A stretch of 64,000 nt of DNA from Alphaproteobacteria bacterium (GTDB taxonomy: Bacteria; Pseudomonadota; Alphaproteobacteria; UBA11073). This document shows, piece by piece, positions 10,082 to 19,208 of the stretch; the first letter of the stretch is position 1; every line of letters begins with the position of its first letter. The position numbers and the translations under genes are program-made. Location: positions 90,796-154,795 of the forward strand of contig CBDFFW010000001.1 of assembly GCA_965246945.1 (NCBI GenBank), given 5' to 3'. The notes beneath the pieces were generated by a model that did not search any database, had not been told where the DNA came from, and saw only the letters and a program-made list of their open reading frames with translations.

Positions 10082-10503
10082 ATGAGCCGCTTGCATATTC
10101 ATTCTGAAAACCATCTGGTTAAGCGCATAGGATGGTTAAGGCAGCCGTACTGGGTGCCAATGACGGCATCATTTCGGTCGCCAGTTTAATTATTGGGGTG
10201 GCTTCCGCTTCAACCGAACATAATCAAATTTTAATTGCCGGTGTGGCTGGGATTGCCGCCGGTGCCATGTCGATGGCAGCAGGCGAATATGTTTCGGTCA
10301 GCTCGCAATCTGATACTGAGCAAGCAGATTTGGCACGTGAACGTAAAGAACTAGCCGAAATGCCTGAAGCCGAATTGAATGAGTTAACTAAAATATACAT
10401 GGATCGCGGGCTGGAGGAGCCATTGGCGCGAGAAGTTGCCACCCAATTGATGAAAAGAGATGCATTAATCTCCTCTTTGGCGGCCACTTCCATTTTAAGC
10501 TGA
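10082..10503 (+). pseudogene. VIT1/CCC1-family iron/manganese transporter pseudogene (a 1-bp frameshift near 10131 plus C-terminal truncation)
   Basis: The frame from ATG 10082 gives MSRLHIHSENHLVKRIGWLRQ. The +1 frame from 10132 gives the conserved VIT continuation AAVLGANDGIISVASLIIGV...AGEYVSVSSQSD. Restoring one G in the run 'ggttaagg(g)cag' would join the two frames into the canonical GWLRAAVLGANDG. The ORF stops after about 120 residues of VIT domain, so the C-terminal TM half is missing. Confidence 0.6.
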
Positions 10504-10574
10504 TCGCTCAATATTTTTAGATCAGCCGTACGCGCTTCCACCGTTAGTTCGGTTGCTGCATAGGCCATTTCTAA

Positions 10575-10964
10575 TTGAGCATTTACCTTTTTCTATGGTT
10601 ACCGCAAGTTTTATGGCTGCATGTCATTTCGGATGCCATTATTGCGCTTTCTTATTACTCCATTCCGCTAACGATCTTATATTTTATTCGCAAACGCCGC
10701 GATCTGCCATTTCCTTATTTGTTTTATTTATTTGGTGCATTTATTCTTTTTTGCGGCACTACACATCTGATGGAAATCTGGGTGATCTGGCAACCCGATT
10801 ATCCGGAGGAAGGCCTTATGAAGGCCTTAACGGCCATGGTTTCCATATGTGCCGCTATTATCACCTGGAAAATTGTCCCTGTAGCACTGCAGTTAAGAAG
10901 CCCAGCAGAATTGGAAACAATGCCCATGCGGCATAAAATCAGCCGTGTCAAAAAAATGGTTTAG
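10575..10964 (+). CDS. Ethylene-binding-domain protein (ETR1-type copper/ethylene-binding transmembrane domain) without any output domain; possibly truncated
   Basis: 129 aa. ISDAIIALSYYSIPLTILYF...FGAFILFCGTTHLMEIW aligns closely with Arabidopsis ETR1 ISDFFIAIAYFSIPLELIYF...FGAFIVLCGATHLINLW. That alignment includes the Cu-ligand Cys and His (CGxTH). Three TM helices are followed by a short helical tail and then a stop. Confidence 0.6.
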   Translation: MSIYLFLWLPQVLWLHVISDAIIALSYYSIPLTILYFIRKRRDLPFPYLFYLFGAFILFCGTTHLMEIWVIWQPDYPEEGLMKALTAMVSICAAIITWKIVPVALQLRSPAELETMPMRHKISRVKKMV

Positions 10965-11725
10965 CATGGTAACAATAACCGTAATTTGAGTTGTCTAAAT
11001 TTTAAAGTTAAAACCCTTTAGCCAATCTTTAAGAAGGCGTATTAGCATACCATTCGGCTTATTGCCACCTAATGGAAATTCTAGAATTCCAGTTGATGAC
11101 AATACGAAAACTTTAAAAAGTTTTACCGCAAAGTAGAGTTTTTTGCCGACGCTTATTTGCGATTATGCGGTTTTATTTCAACACAATACCATGACCTTAA
11201 GCCACCTCAATTATAGATATCCCACCGGTACGGCGTTCACATGCTGATTTAGGGACACTAAACTATTAGCATAACACATTACTCCACCCTGACCAATCGG
11301 GATATTAAGATTTCCACCGCATTGAATCCTTTAAAGCCTGCCTGCATTTAAAATAGAAGCGCTTTTCTTTATCCCGAGTAGAACATGCGTGAGGAGTACG
11401 TACATAAAGTGTAAATATTCGTTATAGAAATGTGTTAGAGCCATTAGATATTCTAATGCGGAACATTAAAACTATGCATTTGACTAATCAATTCGTGGAC
11501 GACAAATTGTATAAAAATAGAGGCTCTCAATGGTGCGGCAAAATTTAGTTCAAAAGAAGCGTGCAGTGGTCAACGAACATTCCGCAGTGGCAGCTCCCAC
11601 AAACCATTGGAATTGCAAGCCTGGATAGCCAGATAACCATAATGCGGTTGGCTAGGTAAACCCTTAGAACAAGATTTTAAAATACTACTTTCAACAATTT
11701 TACAATAAAAAATATAGGATTCTTT

Positions 11726-14683
11726 ATGACAAAATCAGAATGTCCATTTATGCCGCAAGGCGCGACCAAACATGGGTTTGATCTTTTTCGTTATACTTTG
11801 GAAAAGCCAGACCGTGATCTGTTCGATGCTTGGCAGGATACTGTAACTACTGAGGCGCAAAAAGAACTTTATGATATATTATCAACCGAAGCACGTTTAA
11901 AAGTAGCTCAAATTGTGCATGTTTATGGTTTTTATAATTCACAATTAATCGCAAAAGCGCATCGTGAAGCAATTAAATTGCGGCAGGATAATGATGATCT
12001 GCCAGGCCAGACGATCGCTGGTGCTATTCAACGTGCTGCAGAAATGGGTTTAACAGCCGAGCAGATGAAAGAAGTTTTGTTGCGGCAAATTGCTTTATCT
12101 TTAACGGCGCATCCAACTCAATATAATTTACCTGAGCATGTACAGGCACGACAAGTTTTGGCTAAAGCAATACAAAAAGACGATCCCTCTAAGGACGAGA
12201 TCACAGAAGCGCTAAGTCTACTTTTAAATACGCCAGCTGGATTTGCTGAAAAAAAGATCCCGCAACAGGAATTGTTAGAAAATCTTGAGCATGCAACGAA
12301 TTTATTTTGGGTACTGCCTGGTCTACTTGATAGCGTTCGAAAATCGTTAGACATTGTGCATAGACAATTTCCTAACAATGGTTACGGCTATATTTTCACT
12401 GGTATCGAACCAGACATAAAATCAATTGTATTGCGCTTATGGCCGTGTGTAGACCGCGATGGCAATCCAGCGATTACAACGATGGTTACCACACTGGGTA
12501 TTGCCCAAAGCCAAGAAAAAATAGTTGATTTATATATAAATTCTATTGATTACATTTGTAAATTGAATGGCGATAAAGCACCGCGCAAAGTTACTTTCGA
12601 CAGATTACAGCGATTGAAACAAGCTTTAATCGACGGATCAATTTCGCCAAAAAATGATGCGGATATGGAGAAATTTGGTTTATTGCTAACAACTTGTTTA
12701 AAAGTGGAAGATGGGGATGAAGCATCAAAGCAACTACGCTGGCTAGATATGCGGGCACGTGTTTTCCGGTGGCATTTAGGTAAGTTTCAACCACGCCAGG
12801 AAGCAGGTGCCCATACCCAAGCGGTAGCCGCTATTGGTCCGCTTTTGCAGTTCGAAAATGGTTTCGAAGATACTGCTTATAATGCAAATATGCCCCAACC
12901 AGAAAAGCAGCAACAACTGCAAAAAATATTGGCCGCAATAAAGAATGCCAATATTGGTACTTTAGATCGTCTTAATAAAACTATCAGCGATCAATTATCT
13001 ATTGTAAGCCCTCAAATTTATAAGAACTACACTATTTTTAATCTCATAAGCGAAAACCCTGCGCATTTTTGCGATTACATTATTTCAAACGCCGGTAAGC
13101 CAAGCGATGTGTTGGAAGTTCTGGTATTGGCCAAGCTGGCTGGAGCTGAACAGACAATAAATATTCGTATGCTTTGTGAGACGTTGACTGATTTAAAGGC
13201 CATGCCACAAACCCTTGAAACGCTTTTGGCAATTCCTGAATATCGCGATTTCATCAAGCAAAATCACAATAATCGTTTACCTGTTATGATTGCGCTTTCA
13301 GATACTCAGCGCCAACACGGCCCAGCTATTATTTTCGATCAAATCTTAACGATGGTTGATTTATGTAAAGTTGCTTTAAAGCATGAGATCGAGCTCGAAA
13401 TTATGTGGGGTGGCTCTGATGATTTATACCGTGGTGGCGGTGATATTTCGATGTATCCTTATTACCTGGCCCGCAGCATTGTGGGTTATGCGGCAACCAC
13501 TAATCAAAAACTGAGCAAACTGGCAGCGTGCGTAAGAGAAGTTTCGTTTACGCTTCAAGGCCGGCAAGTGGAAGATGTGATTGGCAATACTGCATCTGCT
13601 TGGCGTCTGGGCGAGCGTATGTTTGCTGCCGCAACCAACTTTTATAGCTTTCTACGCGGCGAACACACAGCACAATTTCAGTTAGATTTGGCAGAAGAAT
13701 ATCAAGCCAATGAAGCTGCACGCGATGCCTTGCAGCCCTGCATGCGTGCCTATGAATTCATGCGCGGACCTTTGCTTGACACATTAAGTTTAGCTGTAGT
13801 GCCTGCTGCCGCAGTTAAAAAGTTAAACACTTCTTCTAGGCCAGACAAACGGCCAACGGTTATTGGCAATCCAGACCCACGTGAAATTGATGCATTGCCA
13901 TTAACTGATACCCGCGCCATTACCAACCAGTTTGCGGTGCAATTACCTGGATTAGAAATAAACGGTTGGTTTGGTTTAACCCAATTGGCTGACCTTGATG
14001 CCCGAATTGTTCAAAACTCTCCCATTCTACAGGAAATGCTTAAACGTGCGCTTATCTGTTTAGAACGCACATATCTTGAAAAAGTTTGGATGTTTTCTGG
14101 ACTTACACCACCTGCTTCCTGCATAGCCGCTTTGTACGATACCGCATTCAATCAGGTTTGGCAGCGGGAATTGCAACTTAGTATCAATGGCAAGCTAGAT
14201 CAAACCAATAAGCTCATACAATTTGATTTTAACAAATATATGCCCGTTGTATTGCAGCAATTGGATTTGGATGATACGTTAATAAATCGTCAGACTGTTT
14301 TATTAACCTGGCTTGAAGCAGAATATAAGCGTACGGAAAAAGTAGTTTGTCGGAAGTTTTTTAATAATCCCAAATTTAGTTCTCAATCCGCACGTGAAGC
14401 AGTAAAAACTTTTCCACGTTTATCTGAAGAACTTGTTTTGCAGAAAAGAAATATTGCGCCTATGCAAACATGGCTGGCAATGGCCACTACAGAATTGTAC
14501 CAAACGCCTCAGCCGACCCAAGCGCAACTTACTGCCCTGCAGGCTTTTGCCCAGGTAATTGCTGAAGGCACGCGTACGCCTAATGCTTACATTAACCACA
14601 CGCCCGGCTTTGAGCCAGACATGCGCAAAGTTAGTGATCATTTAAGTAAATTTGGCCCCAAAACATTCGCTGTTACTATTTAA
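11726..14683 (+). CDS. Divergent phosphoenolpyruvate carboxylase (PEPC)-like protein with substituted catalytic motifs; AT-rich
   Basis: 985 aa. It is colinear with E. coli Ppc through several signature blocks. LTAHPTQ matches [17 protein letters not shown] matches [31 protein letters not shown] matches [29 protein letters not shown] matches [21 protein letters not shown] corresponds to [32 protein letters not shown] corresponds to IELTLFHGRGGSIGRGGAP, with the His and the first Arg replaced. The C-terminus ends at ...FAVTI and lacks the conserved ...AGIAAGMRNTG tail. Confidence 0.7.
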   Translation: [985 protein letters not shown]

Positions 14684-14695
14684 TTCAACATTTCC

Positions 14696-15538
14696 TCAAC
14701 ATTTAAGTCTTTTTAGCACAAATTCTTCGAATGAATTTATCGCGGCATTATCGGCACGGTGTTTCAATAGTGAAACATGCGTAGCCTCCAACGCGGGTAA
14801 TAATTTTGTGCGCAAGGCATTTAATTGATCTGGAATCATAGTTAACGGTAAAACGGTAATTCCCAAACCGGCTTTAACAGCGGCAATTGTACCAGCATAA
14901 CTGGGACTAGAGAAGACCAGCCGCCATTTCAATCCAGCCCTTTCAAGCGATTGGAGGGCGCTGGACCGGTAGACACAAGGTTGCGGCGCAACTACCAAGG
15001 GAATAGGCCTGCCAGACTCCACCAAATTCATATCGCCTACCCATTCCAAGGGTTCAGACCACACTTCAACGCCATTTGGAAAATTCTCAGGTTGGTTCAT
15101 TTTCACCAGTACCAGATCAAACTTTTTTTGTTTGAAGCGCTGGAATAAATTTAAAGTTAAATCGCACTCCACATTTACCAATATGCGTGGATGAATGCGC
15201 GCGAACTCCACCAAAATATCTGATAAAAAGACGCTGGCAAAATTCTCTGGTAAGCCAAACCGTACTTCACCATGTAATTCCGGCTCTTTAAATCGATCTA
15301 ATGCTTCTCGATGCAAGGCGAAAATCTGCCGCGCATAGCTGCGAAAAATCTCGCCTTCGGCAGTTAAAGCAAAAGCTTTGCCACGTGTGAATAACTGTTT
15401 GCCAAGCAACTCTTCAAGTTTAGCAATTTGCTGACTAACAGCGGATTGCGTGCGGCCCACACGTTCAGCTGCTTTGGTGAAGCTAGCAGTTTCCGCCACA
15501 GCTAAAAAGGTCTGCAAAGTGATGGTATCGATAGTCAT
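14696..15538 (-). CDS. LysR-family transcriptional regulator, divergently transcribed from dabB
   Basis: 280 aa. N-terminal HTH (LQTFLAVAETASFTKAAERVGRTQSAVSQQIAKLEELLG) plus a substrate-binding domain. Convergent with the PEPC-like gene, with a 12-nt gap. Confidence 0.8.
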   Translation of the reverse strand: MTIDTITLQTFLAVAETASFTKAAERVGRTQSAVSQQIAKLEELLGKQLFTRGKAFALTAEGEIFRSYARQIFALHREALDRFKEPELHGEVRFGLPENFASVFLSDILVEFARIHPRILVNVECDLTLNLFQRFKQKKFDLVLVKMNQPENFPNGVEVWSEPLEWVGDMNLVESGRPIPLVVAPQPCVYRSSALQSLERAGLKWRLVFSSPSYAGTIAAVKAGLGITVLPLTMIPDQLNALRTKLLPALEATHVSLLKHRADNAAINSFEEFVLKRLKC

Positions 15539-15641
15539 TAGATTTTCTAATTTAGGATATAAGAATTATCCGTTTCACTTATCTAAATAATACTAATAGC
15601 TTGGTCAATAGAAATTAACATTTCTATGCCAAGGAGCAAAT
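15539..15641. promoter_or_regulatory. Divergent lysR/dabB intergenic control region (putative LysR-box-like AT dyads; RBS aaggag at 15630-15635)
   Basis: 103-bp AT-rich spacer containing ATAAGAATTAT / TTATC...TAAATAAT dyad-like elements. A canonical Shine-Dalgarno lies 7 nt before the dabB ATG. Confidence 0.35.
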
Positions 15642-16970
15642 ATGCTATCATCACTATTCCATATTGATCGGCTTGCCATCATTATGCTGGCTTTAATTGG
15701 TGCTATTGGCCTAATCATTTGGCAATTTTCACGGCGTTATTTGCAGGGCGATCAATTATATCGTGTTTTTTTCCAGCGGCTCGCATGTTTATTGGCATCA
15801 TTGGCATCATTGGTCATTACCGATAACCTAATTGTATTTTTAATCAGCTGGGGATTGGCCAATTATTGGTTGGTAAAATTGATGGTTCACAAGTCGGAAT
15901 GGTCTGCCGCCAAAGCGGCGGGGGAATTAACAGGTAAATCGCTTGGCCTGGGTTTTGCCAGCCTAGTTGCTGGCTTTACCTTGCTTTATTGGCTAACCGG
16001 CACGGCTTCTATTCAAGCGATTTTGCTGCACAATAATCAACACCCGGCTTTGCTGCTTGCCCTTGGATTAATTTTATTTACCGCCCTCATCCAATCAGCG
16101 ATTTGGCCTTTTTCCGGCTGGTTGAAAAATTCGCTTAATTCACCAACCCCTGTTTCGGCCATCATGCATGCCGGTCTGGTGAATGGGGGCGGTTTTTTAC
16201 TGGTACGTTTTGCGCCGCTTTATCTGCAACAGCCGTTGCTGCTCCAAATCATTTTTGTGCTTGGCATTACCAGCGCGGTGATTGGCACGTTATGGAAACT
16301 GCTGCAGCCGGATATTAAGCGGATGCTGGCTTGTTCGACCATGGCGCAAATGGGTTTTATGCTGGCGCAATGCGGCCTTGGTTTATTCCCGGCGGCAGTG
16401 GCCCATCTGTGCTGGCATGGCCTGTTCAAAGCCTATTTGTTTTTAGGCGCAGGTGGCGCGGCCCAGGAAAAGCGCTTGCCGATTATCCATCCGAATAGCT
16501 TTACCGCTTTTGCTTTGGCGCTGCTCTGCGGCTTACTTGGCAGTTATGGCTTTGCATTGGCCAGCCAACATGCATGGCTGGCGCCCAATAGCATATTGGT
16601 ACTGCAAGCGGTGGCTTCAATAGCTGCTGCGCAACTCGCGCTCACCCTGCTGCAAAATAAGCCATGGCAACGGCTGCCGCTGGCCGTTTTATTATGCGCC
16701 ATCGCTGGTGGTATGTATGGCGGCACCGTTGGCTTGGTTGAGCAAGTAATGGCACCGCTGCAAATTTTCCAACCGCAATCACTAAATGCTCTGCATATCA
16801 GTGCCATCGTTATCCTGGCCGCTGGTTGGCTCGGCATGTTGTTTAGCCAGCAGCTTGGCCGCCTAACCCAGCAGCCGTTTTTCTTACGCGGTTATGTGCT
16901 GGCGCTAAATGCAAGTCAGCCAAGCCCCGCTACCATCACCGCCCACCGCAACCATTATCGCTTAGGATAA
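15642..16970 (+). CDS. dabB: DabB/MpsA-like proton-conducting membrane transporter (NuoL/MrpA/NDH-5 family, PF00361-like)
   Basis: 442 aa polytopic membrane protein. Complex I antiporter-like subunit motifs are present (SPTPVSAIMHAGLVNGGGFLL; STMAQMGFML; HLCWHGLFKAYLFLGAG). It is immediately followed by a DUF2309 gene. Confidence 0.75.
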   Translation: MLSSLFHIDRLAIIMLALIGAIGLIIWQFSRRYLQGDQLYRVFFQRLACLLASLASLVITDNLIVFLISWGLANYWLVKLMVHKSEWSAAKAAGELTGKSLGLGFASLVAGFTLLYWLTGTASIQAILLHNNQHPALLLALGLILFTALIQSAIWPFSGWLKNSLNSPTPVSAIMHAGLVNGGGFLLVRFAPLYLQQPLLLQIIFVLGITSAVIGTLWKLLQPDIKRMLACSTMAQMGFMLAQCGLGLFPAAVAHLCWHGLFKAYLFLGAGGAAQEKRLPIIHPNSFTAFALALLCGLLGSYGFALASQHAWLAPNSILVLQAVASIAAAQLALTLLQNKPWQRLPLAVLLCAIAGGMYGGTVGLVEQVMAPLQIFQPQSLNALHISAIVILAAGWLGMLFSQQLGRLTQQPFFLRGYVLALNASQPSPATITAHRNHYRLG

Positions 16971-16973
16971 ATC

Positions 16974-19208
16974 ATGCAAACTGCCCTGAAAACCAAAGTT
17001 GTTGAAGTGACTGAAAACCCAGCCTACGACCTCGGCGAAGCGATTGCGACGGCTTGGAATTATATTGCGCCGTTCTGGCCGCTGAAAAACTTAATTGCCT
17101 GTAATCCCTTGCAAGGCCTAGAAGATTTACCTTTTGAGCAAGCGTTAAATAAAGGCATCGTGCTGTTTCAGCGCGCTGATCTGCCATCACCGCTGCTGGC
17201 TGTTAATCGCCAAACCATCAAATGGTGTCAGGTATTGTTTGACGATGGACAGGCGAGTTTAACCATGCCGCTGCGCGAACAGGGGTTTTTCGCCGCCTGG
17301 CGGCAATTGGCGGTGTTCGATGCACAGCTGCATCAAAATAATCAATTTCATAAAATGTGGTTGAACCGCCTGCCGCTTTCGGCTGAACAAACCATTGCGG
17401 AATGTTTGGTGAAATTGAATATTCCAGCAGCACAACACGAAACGTTTTTAACTTTATTATTAACCACCTTGCCTGGCTGGGCGGCTTATGCCAAATACCG
17501 TCTGAATTGGGAGCCAGATCAAGCGAATGCCACTTGCCCCATCCGCTCGGCTGATTATCTGGCAGTGCGCTTGGTTATCACCACCCTGCTATGGCCGGAT
17601 GCGGCAGAGTTATTGGTGGAACAAGATAATATTTCACCAGCAACTGATATCTTGGCCACCATCACTACCAAAGAAACAGCTTACCGCCAGGATTTATTGG
17701 CGAATTTGAAGCGGCAAGCGGCTGCCCCGCCAACTATCCGCCCAGCCGCACAAATGATATTCTGCATCGATGTGCGTTCCGAACCAATGCGCCGGGCGAT
17801 AGAAGGGCAGGGTGACTATGAAACCTTTGGCTTCGCAGGCTTTTTTGGCCTGCCGATAAGCTTGCAAAATGAAAAAACGGGCGAACGCTATGCATCCTGC
17901 CCAGTTTTGCTGCAACCTAAGTATCATTTGTCCGAAACCAGTTGCACTAGTGGGGATTGTGCTTCAGATAATGCGAACAGTAAGGCGCGTTTGCGTTTGT
18001 ATAAAAGTTTCTATCAGGCATTGAAATATCATTTTACGACCCCGTTCGCGCTGGTTGAAACGTTAGGCTTATGGGCCGGTTTGTGGATGGGTTTGCGCAC
18101 ACTGGCGCCGCAGACAGCTATTCAATTAAAGACCAACATTGTTAAAAAAATCAGGCCTGAAGTGCAAACCCAATTTGATATTGCGGGCAGCATCCCCTTT
18201 GCCGATCAATGTACTATGGCTGGCGGCGCCTTGCGTATGATGGGGTTAACCCAAAATTTCGCGCCACTAGTCGTTCTATGCGGCCATGGCAGTACCACGC
18301 AAAACAACGCTTATGCCACGGCCTTGGATTGCGGCGCGTGCGGCGGACGGCATGGCGGGAGCAATGCGCGTATTTTGGCGGCGATTTTGAACCATCAAAT
18401 GGTCCGGGTAGCTTTGGTGCAAGACGGTATTGTCATTCCGGCCGATACGCATTTTATCGCCGCGCAGCATGATACCACCACGGATGCGATTAACTTGTTA
18501 GTCGATGACGAATTATTAGGTGATCATCGCAACCAGGTCAGCACGTTACACGCAGCATTATCCCAAGCACAACACACCAATCAGCGAGTGCGCGCCGCAC
18601 AAATGAATACAGAGCTTGATCATATTCAATTGCGTAGCTGTGACTGGGCCCAAACCCGCCCGGAATGGGGCTTGGCACGCAATGCGGCGTTTATTGTTGG
18701 GCCACGTAGTTTAACTGCAACATTAAATTTAGCGGGCCGTAGTTTTCTGCATTCCTATGACTGGCAGCAAGATGCTAATAGTACAGCGCTTACTACCATT
18801 TTAACCGCGCCGATGGTGGTTGCCCAATGGATTAATAGCCAGTATTTATTTTCCAGCTTGGATAATGTGGCTTATGGCAGCGGCAGCAAAATTACCCAAA
18901 ATGTCACTGGCAAAATGGGGATTATGCAGGGCAATGCCAGCGACTTAATGCATGGTTTGCCCCTGCAATCGGTTTACTCCAACGACAACAAACCTTATCA
19001 CCAGCTGCAACGGTTGCTAACCGTGGTTTACGCGCCCAAAGCGAAAATTGATAAAATTATCGCCGCGCAGCCCGTTTTACAAAAACTATTCGGCAATGGC
19101 TGGGTGCAATTGGTTTGCCTTGAACCAGCCAGCAAACTGGCCTATCAGCTGCAGCGTGATTTCACTTGGGAGAAATTAGTAGGTGAGCATGTCATGCTAT
19201 GCGGGTAG
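16974..19208 (+). CDS. dabA: DabA/MpsB-like DUF2309 protein (beta-carbonic-anhydrase-like component of the DAB inorganic-carbon uptake system)
   Basis: 744 aa. It starts 4 nt after the dabB stop. It contains a beta-CA-like CxDxR motif (IFCIDVRSEP) and an H...C cluster (CGHGSTTQNNAYATALDCGACGG). Length and arrangement match DUF2309 partners of NuoL-like proteins. Confidence 0.75.
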   Translation: MQTALKTKVVEVTENPAYDLGEAIATAWNYIAPFWPLKNLIACNPLQGLEDLPFEQALNKGIVLFQRADLPSPLLAVNRQTIKWCQVLFDDGQASLTMPLREQGFFAAWRQLAVFDAQLHQNNQFHKMWLNRLPLSAEQTIAECLVKLNIPAAQHETFLTLLLTTLPGWAAYAKYRLNWEPDQANATCPIRSADYLAVRLVITTLLWPDAAELLVEQDNISPATDILATITTKETAYRQDLLANLKRQAAAPPTIRPAAQMIFCIDVRSEPMRRAIEGQGDYETFGFAGFFGLPISLQNEKTGERYASCPVLLQPKYHLSETSCTSGDCASDNANSKARLRLYKSFYQALKYHFTTPFALVETLGLWAGLWMGLRTLAPQTAIQLKTNIVKKIRPEVQTQFDIAGSIPFADQCTMAGGALRMMGLTQNFAPLVVLCGHGSTTQNNAYATALDCGACGGRHGGSNARILAAILNHQMVRVALVQDGIVIPADTHFIAAQHDTTTDAINLLVDDELLGDHRNQVSTLHAALSQAQHTNQRVRAAQMNTELDHIQLRSCDWAQTRPEWGLARNAAFIVGPRSLTATLNLAGRSFLHSYDWQQDANSTALTTILTAPMVVAQWINSQYLFSSLDNVAYGSGSKITQNVTGKMGIMQGNASDLMHGLPLQSVYSNDNKPYHQLQRLLTVVYAPKAKIDKIIAAQPVLQKLFGNGWVQLVCLEPASKLAYQLQRDFTWEKLVGEHVMLCG

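Noticed and set aside
10224-10568. 114-aa minus-strand ORF overlapping the VIT pseudogene
   Set aside because: It is antisense to recognisable VIT-family coding sequence and carries no motif. It is likely spurious.
10553-10936. 127-aa alternative-frame ORF overlapping the ethylene-binding-domain gene
   Set aside because: The 10575 frame carries the conserved ETR1-type motifs. This frame has none.
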